A stretch of DNA of 64,000 nt from an uncultured delta proteobacterium (GTDB lineage: Bacteria > Myxococcota_A > Polyangia > Fen-1088). The notes below the pieces were generated by a model. It searched no databases, was not told the origin of the DNA, and saw nothing but the letters and a program-made list of their open reading frames with translations. The DNA lies in NCBI GenBank assembly GCA_963767925.1, contig CAVYGB010000009.1, positions 1 to 64,000 of the forward strand, read 5' to 3'. Within the stretch, counting starts at the first letter, position 1, and each line of letters begins with the position of its first letter. The position numbers were made by a program, and so were the translations under genes. Below, one piece after another: positions 20,695 to 29,127 of the stretch.

Positions 20695-21546
20695 ATGAAA
20701 CACCTCGTACATGCGGCAGAGACGTATCGTAAGGAGGCGATGCGCCAGCGTTCTGGTATCATCGATTCGATGCCCAGGTCCATCGCGGATATGCTGGCGG
20801 CACTCCACGCCGTCCATGGCGCCTTTCTGACGAGCGCAGCCAGTGACGTTCGGACGAGCTGCCAGTCGCTCGTGGCTGTCGCCCCGCTTGTTCATCGAAC
20901 TGGCCGGGCGGGAGCAACGGCGGTCACGGAGATCCTAGCGTCCGAAACGCTACTCGCGCAGGACTCGGGGACTGAGTGCGAACGCGGCGCCGGGATGCCG
21001 CGATCGGTCTATTTCTTCCTCGGTTCCGCTTCCTATCCTCTAGGAAACTTTGCTTTCCTGCTCCGGCCCATGATCTTGCAGGGGTTGCAGTCAAATGCGA
21101 CGCCGTTCGACAGCGGCGCATGTGGAAAAGGTTACCTCGAAAGAACGGCAGCTCCCTTCATCGGAGAGAACGAACGATGTCACTGCTTGGATGACCATAC
21201 TCTCGACAGCACGGTCGCTCTTTCGGCCTTCGCACACGACTACATCCTTTGCCATTTTGACAACCCTGTCGACTACGTGAAGCTGCCGCAAATATCCCTG
21301 CCCGACCGGCCGACGTACCACGGCCTTGAGTCAATGAATCGCGATCGGCGAGCATGGACGATAGAGGTGCAATGCCGTGAGCACCTAAGTATGCCTCCCG
21401 ACCCGCACCTAATCGAACGTATCGTTGTGGAGGACCGGGACCTACTAGCGGAGATCCCGCTTCCCTACCGGCGTCTGGCGTTGGTCGCGGCGCCGCTGAC
21501 GATTCCGGAAGCAGTGGCGACATTTTGTATTTCCCAAATGAGGTGA
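20695..21546 (+). CDS. Hypothetical protein, possible ADP-ribosyltransferase fold
   Basis: Intact 283-aa ORF, first of three tightly coupled genes; LVHRT...EIL...L, SVYFFLG, ATPFDSG, WTIEVQ. Confidence 0.75.
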   Translation: MKHLVHAAETYRKEAMRQRSGIIDSMPRSIADMLAALHAVHGAFLTSAASDVRTSCQSLVAVAPLVHRTGRAGATAVTEILASETLLAQDSGTECERGAGMPRSVYFFLGSASYPLGNFAFLLRPMILQGLQSNATPFDSGACGKGYLERTAAPFIGENERCHCLDDHTLDSTVALSAFAHDYILCHFDNPVDYVKLPQISLPDRPTYHGLESMNRDRRAWTIEVQCREHLSMPPDPHLIERIVVEDRDLLAEIPLPYRRLALVAAPLTIPEAVATFCISQMR

Positions 21547-21550
21547 AGCG

Positions 21551-22342
21551 ATGGACCTTGATCTAGCTCCTCTGGTCGTCTCGGGCGGGCTTCGCGGGCT
21601 GAATTCGAAAGCGCCGTTCGCGCGCGCGCCGGTCGTCCTACGTAAGCCAGGGAACCTCGAGTATTTTGTCGTGCGGCGTTTTTCCGTCTCGACAGGAGGA
21701 GTCGACAGCTATGATGTCCTCTCCAGCGAGGACTGGACGCATCTGCTCCGAACCAATGAAGCCTTTGAGGCTCCCATCCAAAGAAGGGCAGAAGCGAACC
21801 AAGCCTTTTGGATCTTTCGACCTGGCTCTAGCGAAAAAGAACTAAAAGCTTGGTTGTCCGATCTTAAGAGGACAGGGGCATTAGTCTCGCAAAATAGAAT
21901 AAAATCGGCAACCGTTGCACTTGTCAACGAAGCCGTTGGCGCCACACGGCGAGACGAATGGTGTGCAGTGCATTTTGGACGCGCCTGGACGCTTGCTTTG
22001 GATGGAAAGCTGAAGGCCGCCGTTACTAGCGCCGAACTAGCATGGCTAATGCAGAGGTATCCAGCAGATGACACAGCCGTGCTCTACTCCTTGCTCCTGG
22101 AGAGGGCTGGCCATCAGCAAGAAGCGCGAGCCATTCTTTCTGTTCAGAGCAACTCCGGGAGTTCGAGCCTGGCCAGCATGGAGGAACTCATGCAAGCAAT
22201 GGGTCGACGGCTAGACCACGAAGCCAATTCACCGCGCGCGAAACCCAGAAGACTTGCTCGAGGACCGCGTCCTCAAGAGCCGGCAATTTTCAAACGGGCG
22301 GTGACTCCCACATTCAGTATTGATCCCTCGCATTCTCCTTAA
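21551..22342 (+). CDS. Hypothetical protein with TPR-like helical C-terminal half
   Basis: Intact 263-aa ORF, GAGGTG RBS, 4-bp gap from upstream gene; AWTLALDGKLKAAV...AVLYSLLLERAGHQQEARAIL. Confidence 0.75.
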   Translation: MDLDLAPLVVSGGLRGLNSKAPFARAPVVLRKPGNLEYFVVRRFSVSTGGVDSYDVLSSEDWTHLLRTNEAFEAPIQRRAEANQAFWIFRPGSSEKELKAWLSDLKRTGALVSQNRIKSATVALVNEAVGATRRDEWCAVHFGRAWTLALDGKLKAAVTSAELAWLMQRYPADDTAVLYSLLLERAGHQQEARAILSVQSNSGSSSLASMEELMQAMGRRLDHEANSPRAKPRRLARGPRPQEPAIFKRAVTPTFSIDPSHSP

Positions 22343-22345
22343 ACC

Positions 22346-24802
22346 ATGGTGTCCCCTCAAAACCTACTCGGGGCCATTGCCGGATTGGCGGTTCCTCTAT
22401 CCAGGTCTGTGGCTGCATTTTTGGAGACCTGCGAAGAGCTCAACCGCGAGGGCATCGAATTTTCGGGAAGACACACGTCGCCTGACGAACTCCTGGGACG
22501 TACGAGGGACTGGGCACTTGGTCGAAACGGGATCCAGGCCGTACTGACAGGCGCCGCGTTCATTAATTGGGAGGACGCGGACCGCAGAGCCGACTTGTGG
22601 GAACGAAGGCTCGCCGCCACTGTGCTACGCACGTGGAACAACATCCGCGCTAACTCTGCCAGAAGGCCCGACGTTCTCCGGTCCACAGTGACCTTGCTGT
22701 CGAATCCGGAGGCGCCTCACACGAAGGAGGTTGTTCGATACGCTCTAGTCCTGGCTCTGCGATCACTTTACGGCGTCGAGAATGAGCCGGCGTCCCTTGC
22801 GCGCCTTTGGGAAGCGTACGAAGGCTTAACAGCGCGTCTTAATGATCAGCAGCGAAGGCGCGTCCTTAAAGACGTGCTCGGAGAAGAGCCATTTCTGATC
22901 GATTTGCTGTGTATGAGTGGCTATTTGTATCGGGCGGCGCTTAGAGGAAACCTGGACGAATACTATCAAGCCTACTATCGGGTTCCATTTGGCGTGGACC
23001 CAAAGCAACGCATTCGCCACTTTGCAGCCCATGGCGATTGGCCAGAGATCCATGGGTCAATTCCTGATTTTTCCACTATTCTTAATCTCTCTTTCAATCA
23101 GCCGCTGGCGCTAGCCGGGTTGGACGAGGTAACGGGTGGGCTAATGCCCACCATGGCGGAATCTCAAGGTCTACGTCCAGGCGGCGTAATTTCTCTCGTA
23201 GCGGGGCCTCCCGGGTCCGGCAAGACCACCCTTGCGATGTCGCTGGGATCGCGGATGGCTGAACTCGGCTCTGAGGTAGTATATCTTACCGCCGAGGAAG
23301 GCTTGCTCAGCCTAAGCGCCAAGAGGATCTCCGTTGTTGACACGAATCGCGTACTCCGATCTTTGTGGCCGGACGCCCAAATTGCCGGCCTTGAGCATCA
23401 GTTTTCGATACGAGACAATGGTTCGTTGGACTCACTTCGTTCCATCGTTAACGCAGTAAAGTCCGATCTCGGAACGCCTCCGCAGGTACCATCGTTTCCC
23501 GGCCAAGTTGTGTTGGCCTTCCCGCACGTTGTGATCGTCGATAGCATCAGTGCTCTAATTGGCGAGGCATCTCCATCGCCAACACGGGCGGTCTCACATG
23601 GCCGACTAGAACTGGCCAGTATGCTAAGGGAGCTCAGGGAGCTTGGGGTTTGCGTCTTTTTGATTGGCGAGAAAAGCCATATACGCAGCGGCGACCTCGC
23701 ATATTTAGTTGATAATGTGTTTGTCCTAGATATTGACCCGGACACGTCAACGAGTCATCCGAAGCGGACTTTTTCTATAGAAAAGACGCGACTCCAGTTG
23801 AGCTTCAGAGGGCGACACGTCTATCATCTGTCCAGATTTGAGGGACCGACCATAAGTCCGTCGCTTCATGCCGTACTGAGACTTGTCGCTCGAGACAACG
23901 GCGAACAATCTCAGAAAGAGGCTCGAGTGGTCATGTGGTCAAGTTTTCCGAAACAGACCGCGTTACCAGGGATCGATGCTACTGGAGGCGTAGGGGAGGC
24001 GATTAGTGTTCGGGCCAACTCTCACCTATTAATTTATGGGTGGGGCACGACCGGAAAGGCGAGATTGGCACTGAGTACGGCATTTGCCACGCAGGTGCCG
24101 ACTGAAGAGCTTGAGAGGCGCTTGGACAACCGGTCTGGCGCAGATCAGACTGAGCTCACCGCTTATGGGCGGATCTGGATGGAACGCGTTCGCGTTCTAG
24201 TTTTCAGCTTCCTATATCCGCAGGACTACTACAGTCGCATCATCGAGGAAATCCTGCGCCAACGTCGCCTCAAGACTGGCTCTAAGGAAATCGACAGTCG
24301 TGCAACAGTCGAAGCGCTCTACCCCGGATACCTAGATCCGGAGACGCTCATTGACCGCTTGCGGCGTCGGCTGGCTACGGCTCGGCAACAGGGTCGACCT
24401 TACACCGCAGTAGTAATGGACGGTGTCCATAACATGCTGCTGCAGTTTCCCTTGCTATCGAGCGAGAATCTTTTGTGGCCTACGATTTTTCGAATCCTTC
24501 GCGCCGAAGGGGTCACAGCAATCTCCACGTTCACGTTCTTCCAAATCTCGGCTTCCGAGAAGATCCCTGGCACATCGATAGCGGCTGTCGAGTCGGCTAT
24601 GGTTCCCAGTGATCTGGAGCGAATGTTTCACCATTTGCTGGTTAGCAATTGCGACTATTCCTTCTTGGTGACCCGCCTGACGGAGGGTCCTCCAAAGAGA
24701 CGACTGCACGTCGCGCGTACGGCGACAATTGATGGGATGGGCAAAGAGAGGATGCAGTTCTACTGGGATAGCGATCGGCTAGAATGCTGGTGCGAAGACT
24801 GA
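22346..24802 (+). CDS. Tandem KaiC/RAD55-like RecA-superfamily ATPase with long N-terminal helical extension
   Basis: GLDEVTGG, Walker A GPPGSGKTT, YLTAEE, Walker B VIVDSIS, YLVDNVFVL, IEKTR; second domain GWGTTGKA and VVMDG. Confidence 0.85.
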   Translation: MVSPQNLLGAIAGLAVPLSRSVAAFLETCEELNREGIEFSGRHTSPDELLGRTRDWALGRNGIQAVLTGAAFINWEDADRRADLWERRLAATVLRTWNNIRANSARRPDVLRSTVTLLSNPEAPHTKEVVRYALVLALRSLYGVENEPASLARLWEAYEGLTARLNDQQRRRVLKDVLGEEPFLIDLLCMSGYLYRAALRGNLDEYYQAYYRVPFGVDPKQRIRHFAAHGDWPEIHGSIPDFSTILNLSFNQPLALAGLDEVTGGLMPTMAESQGLRPGGVISLVAGPPGSGKTTLAMSLGSRMAELGSEVVYLTAEEGLLSLSAKRISVVDTNRVLRSLWPDAQIAGLEHQFSIRDNGSLDSLRSIVNAVKSDLGTPPQVPSFPGQVVLAFPHVVIVDSISALIGEASPSPTRAVSHGRLELASMLRELRELGVCVFLIGEKSHIRSGDLAYLVDNVFVLDIDPDTSTSHPKRTFSIEKTRLQLSFRGRHVYHLSRFEGPTISPSLHAVLRLVARDNGEQSQKEARVVMWSSFPKQTALPGIDATGGVGEAISVRANSHLLIYGWGTTGKARLALSTAFATQVPTEELERRLDNRSGADQTELTAYGRIWMERVRVLVFSFLYPQDYYSRIIEEILRQRRLKTGSKEIDSRATVEALYPGYLDPETLIDRLRRRLATARQQGRPYTAVVMDGVHNMLLQFPLLSSENLLWPTIFRILRAEGVTAISTFTFFQISASEKIPGTSIAAVESAMVPSDLERMFHHLLVSNCDYSFLVTRLTEGPPKRRLHVARTATIDGMGKERMQFYWDSDRLECWCED

Positions 24803-25140
24803 CTTGGGCCCATTGCTGGCGCAGGCAGTAGGTTGACGGACGGAACGGGGTTGGTGAGCCGGTTTATCCTGTAAGAACCTATCCAATGACGCGAGCGAGG
24901 GGTCCGTGCGCTGAAAGGTATCCCGCGGGCCTGACGGGTTTCCGCTTGGTCCCGAGGGATGCGCTTGGGTCAGCCGGGCTGGGGACGACGGCCGCCGCGT
25001 CCGCGATTGCTCGCGTTTCCGATTCCTGCTTCACGGTCCGCGGGACTCTCGTTCACGGCAGGCGGGGAGTCCCGGTCAATCTGACTGCGCTTCAGCGGAT
25101 CGCGCCGCAGTCTCTTGACCAGGCGCTTGTCCCGTCTTCC

Positions 25141-25280
25141 TCCTCGACGAGGCCCACCTCCTTCACCAGGACATGCTCGACCACCTGCACATCCTGCTCA
25201 ACTACCAGTGGGACAGTCGGGCGCTTCTGTCTCTCGTCCTCGTCGGACTGCCCGAGCTGAACGACCGACTCGCGCTTCGG
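25141..25280 (+). pseudogene. ExeA-like transposon-associated AAA ATPase fragment
   Basis: LDEAHLLHQDMLDHLHILLNYQWDSRALLSLVLVGLPEL. Confidence 0.6.
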
Positions 25281-25606
25281 AACCTGTCAACGATTCTGAG
25301 ACAGCCAACTGTTGAATTTGCGCTCGCGCCTCCTCGGTCGCTGGAGCTTCTTCCTTGGGTGGATTGATCCACACGGTTTCTGGTGGCCGACGAGGGTCGG
25401 TGGCCGTCGGACGAAGCGCTCCGGCCTCGCGGCGTAAGCGGCGTCGAGGACGAGGGCGCGCTGGCCAATGCGCTGGTCGACGAGGCCGTGATGGACGTCG
25501 GTGGGCGTGAGGAGGGCCAGGCGGCTGTGATGGTGCTCGGTGTTGTACCAGGCGAAGAACTCCCGCAGGAAAGCGCGCGCGTGCTCCAGGGACGCGAAGC
25601 GCTCGG
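25281..25606 (-). mobile_element. IS3-family 3'-end fragment (inverted paralogue of ~35480-35804)
   Basis: ERFASLEHARAFLREFFAWYNTEHHHSRLALLTP; end GTTGACAGGTT. Confidence 0.8.
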
Positions 25607-25790
25607 GTGGAGAGGGCCGCCGACGTGGACGTCGACGCCCACCTGCGCCGGCTGCACCTGGCAAACGCCCGACGCATCTGGCGCGAGCTGGGGGCCCGTG
25701 CCGAGACCGAGCAGTGGTCCCTCGGCGAATTCCTGGCCATCCTGGTCGCCGAGGAGGTCGCCCATCGTCAGCAGACCCGCCTCGCCCGCC
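25607..25790 (+). pseudogene. istB: IS21-family istB N-terminal fragment
   Basis: LRRLHLANARRIWREL..RAETEQWSLGEFLAILVAEEVAHRQQTRL. Confidence 0.7.
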
Positions 25791-26860
25791 TATGCCGAGC
25801 CCTTCTCCTCGAGCTCCTGGTCAAGGATCTCCACCGTGAAACGCGGCAGGTCGCTCGCGAGTAGATCACGGCGACCTTTCGGTTTGGCCCGCTCGCCGGG
25901 GGACGCAGGTTGCTGGGACTCGGCGCCCGTGTCTTCCTTCGCCTTGGCGACAGCCGCGTCTAGCTCCTTTTGCAGCCGCGCCTCGCTCGCCATCAGATCC
26001 CCGAGCGCCAGCTGCGCCTCGCTCGTGTGGCTGCGCTCAGTCTTGTTCCCGAACAGACGCCGCTTGAGCAGCAGGTTCTCCTGCGCCAGGTTTGCGATCG
26101 TCTCCTCCAGCGACGCCACCTTCGCCCCCAGCGTCACCTTCAACCCGACCAGCTCGCTCTGCAGCGCCGCCAGGAGCGAGCCTGCTTCTTCTGTCGACAG
26201 CGTCTGGCCGTCTGCGGCAGGAGGCGCGCTCTTCACCCAGTCACCTATACGCGAGCAGGATCGTGCCTCGCAAGCATGATTCGCCCCAATCAATGAGTTC
26301 GTCGCCGAGAAGCGCGCGGCGAGACGGTGACACCCTTGTGGATGACCTCGAAGATCGCGTCGCTTACCAGGACATGCTGCTCGCCGGGGCCCGTCGCCCG
26401 CGGCAACTCGAATCGGCCAGCGTCCAGCTTCTTGTGGATCACGATCGTCCCGGAGCCGTCCCAGGTCAGCACCTTCATGCTGTGGCCACGCTTGCTCACG
26501 AAGACAAAGAGGGCCCTCGATCGCGGCTCTGCCCGCATCCGTTCCCGCACCACCGCTCCCAAACGCTCGCTTCCGAGTCGCATGTCCACTGGCTCCAAGG
26601 CCACATAAATGGCAGACCCGCCGCGATCACAGCGCACCTCCGCCAAGCGCGTTCCCGTACCACCGCGCCCAAGCGCTCTTCCGAGTCGCATGTCCACTGG
26701 CTCCAGGGCCACTTAAATTGGCAGCCCCGCCGCGATCACGGGGCACCTCCGCCAAGCGCTTCCACCACCGCCCGTAGCAGGTCCCGATCGAAGTCGCGCG
26801 GCACCTGGATCTCAGCGCCCCCGACCAGCACCGTGATCCTCGCGGAAGACCTCGCTACTC
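25790..26860 (-). mobile_element. IS66-family remnant: tnpA 3' end, accessory tnpB (26290-26712) and truncated tnpC
   Basis: EPVDMRLG, ALFVFVSKRGHSMKVLTWDGSG, KKLDAGRF; LLKRRLFGNKTER; ~110-bp internal tandem duplication at about 26547-26765. Confidence 0.85.
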
Positions 26861-26937
26861 GGCACGAGTCGGACGAACATCTGCTCCAACTTGATCTAAC
26901 TGAGGAGCAACTCGGTCTTTGGTGCTTAACACGGACC

Positions 26938-27720
26938 CTACGGGCCGTCCGGCCCCGCATCTGGCTTTGGAAGGAGGTCGGGTCGCCAAATTGCAATCCA
27001 GCGGTCCCAGGGAGAAAGGTTCATGAATGGCAGAACCATTGGATCGAACGTGGCCATCTCCAAGGCTCTCCGAATTTCTTCGTCCGGTTTTCCTACGAAC
27101 GATTTTGCGAGGGCACCGGAGCCACGCGCTTCAACGTCGGCCGTTGAGACTTGATCGCCCTGTACTCCAAAAACCGCATCCCCCGCTAAGGGGCTCCACC
27201 CGATGGTGTATGAGATAAATGGTTCCCGCCGTCGCATCCCCGTATTGTTAGGCGGGGCAGGTTCGAAGAGCGGTGCAGTGGTTATCGGCAACAAATACCT
27301 TCCGCCGACCTCGATCCGGGGACAGTCCAGCAGCGCAAATCGAATCTTCTTGCCACCCCTGCGCAGGACCCATCCAGATACGGCGAATTCGAACTCCGCT
27401 GGTGCAGTTTCGGTGGCCTGCGGCGACGTCCAAATAGTCCGCTCGACGCGCACACGGACCTTTCGTCCCAAGTAGCCTTCTTGCCGATCGGCAACCGTCT
27501 GCGGAGGAGGAATCTCTGACTCTTCCAACACCAGCACTTGGGAGAGTTGGAGACTCCACGACACCCAGTCTGTCAGGGTAGTCGACGGATAGAGCCCCTC
27601 TCCTCGACCTATGACGATGTCGGGGTCGGGATCGGGATCGGCGCCAGCTTCGCAGCCTACAGCGGCACCGACCGTCCCCGCAGCGAGGACAAAACGCAAT
27701 AGGCCTCTAGCGCATCGCAT
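26938..27720 (-). CDS. Putative lipoprotein (paralogue of 27955-28701)
   Basis: Lipobox-like AVGC; shares EGY.GR.V.V.V...IW..P, VSGW, PR.EVGGRYL.P, WSPL..DAVF.V.GDQV...DVE.RG..ALA with its neighbour. Confidence 0.8.
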   Translation of the reverse strand: MRCARGLLRFVLAAGTVGAAVGCEAGADPDPDPDIVIGRGEGLYPSTTLTDWVSWSLQLSQVLVLEESEIPPPQTVADRQEGYLGRKVRVRVERTIWTSPQATETAPAEFEFAVSGWVLRRGGKKIRFALLDCPRIEVGGRYLLPITTAPLFEPAPPNNTGMRRREPFISYTIGWSPLAGDAVFGVQGDQVSTADVEARGSGALAKSFVGKPDEEIRRALEMATFDPMVLPFMNLSPWDRWIAIWRPDLLPKPDAGPDGP

Positions 27721-27954
27721 GGTTACCCCGTCTTTTGCTCCTCAGACTCTTCTTCCATCTAGCTCAGCATGTACAACCTATTCGGGGACCGCAAGCGATT
27801 GTCGCCCGTTACTTAACTTCATCCCGCTGGAACTGGGCCTCAACGGCTGGCGGGAGCGAGGAGCGCGCCGTCCGTGCCATGCCGCATCGCCTAAGCGGAT
27901 GCCCCGACGAGGCGTGCGGCATTGTAGACGCTGTTCCAGCGGGACCGGTCTCCT

Positions 27955-28701
27955 TTACTGTCTAGCCGCCTGGACGGCTCTGATTCTCTCGTGTGGCGGA
28001 AGGGCAATATGCTTCTTCACGTCTGGATCTATCGTGGCTTCTTCCAGTCGCAGCTTCAACGCAGCACGGTCCAGCTTCGACAGCTCACGGGCCAAGGCGC
28101 TATTACCCCGAGACTCCACGTCCCGCATTGCAACTTGGTCGCCGGGAACGGCAAAAACTGCGTCGGTCGATAGTGGGCTCCACTGCATTTCGGTGGGAAC
28201 GGGCGTTGGGGATTCTGGACGGGTTGTACGCTCGGGGAGTTGGAAACCGACCACGGGTCGAGGCAACTCGACGACGGGCATAAGATATCGTCCACCAACT
28301 TCCAAACGCGGACTCTGAACCATGGAAAAGGGGCTCAACTGCTCGTTCTTCAATATCCACCCCGATACGACCATACGCGTTTCCGCGGGAATGTTGGGTG
28401 CTCCGGGAGCCGACCAGATGACGTCGTTTACCTGGACGGCGACTTGCCTCCCCACATAGCCTTCGCCACGCGTGAACACCCGCTGGGGCGGAGGTATCTG
28501 GTCCTCGCCCAGGACCGCGACTTCGACGACGTGGTAGGCGTAAGAGACCAGGTCCTTAATCGTTTCGGCAGGAAATAGCCCGTCTCCATGACCGACTCGC
28601 GTTTCTGAGTGCGGCGTGCCGCTCCTGGCGCTGCACCCAGAATTGCCAGAAACGACGAAAGCGGCCATTGCTGTGAAGATTGCAGCTTCCTTAATCATCA
28701 T
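27955..28701 (-). CDS. Putative lipoprotein (paralogue of 26938-27720)
   Basis: GGAGG RBS, hydrophobic N-terminus ending NSGC, shared motifs with its neighbour. Confidence 0.8.
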   Translation of the reverse strand: MMIKEAAIFTAMAAFVVSGNSGCSARSGTPHSETRVGHGDGLFPAETIKDLVSYAYHVVEVAVLGEDQIPPPQRVFTRGEGYVGRQVAVQVNDVIWSAPGAPNIPAETRMVVSGWILKNEQLSPFSMVQSPRLEVGGRYLMPVVELPRPVVGFQLPERTTRPESPTPVPTEMQWSPLSTDAVFAVPGDQVAMRDVESRGNSALARELSKLDRAALKLRLEEATIDPDVKKHIALPPHERIRAVQAARQ

Positions 28702-29127
28702 GTCACCGCCTCCTTCAATACGCAGCGTTGAGCTGTGTAACGTTGTGAGTCCCGAGCGTGGTATCACCGGCCGAGACAGGGGTTTTCATACAATTAAGTG
28801 ACGAGTCGGTCTGTTGCATCCAACCCCAGGCTTGCGCCCCATGGGTTAGGCCGACCGCGTGCCCGGTCTCGTGGCACGTGAGCGGGCGGGTTATGACAAA
28901 TTCGTTGATAAATCCGACATACGTCTGATCGCACCATTGATTAGGGATGTAGTTTTGGGTTCGATCACACCAGGTTATACCCTGAAAGGGTGCTGGGATA
29001 TCCAGCCGGATTTCATAGATGATATCGGTTTCTCCTGGAAATTGTCCGCTGTTATAGACAGGTGATGATGTCTCCGTCAGGTGGAGGTCAGTTGGATTGT
29101 TGAATACGTCGTTTATAGTGCTAAGCA

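Noticed and set aside
22346..24802. Circadian clock kaiC
   Set aside because: No kaiA/kaiB, long extra N-terminus, degenerate second Walker A and no recognisable phospho-site motif.
26290..26712. RNA-guided TnpB nuclease
   Set aside because: This is the small IS66 accessory TnpB (PVDMR..G, WDG motifs), unrelated to IS200/IS605 TnpB.
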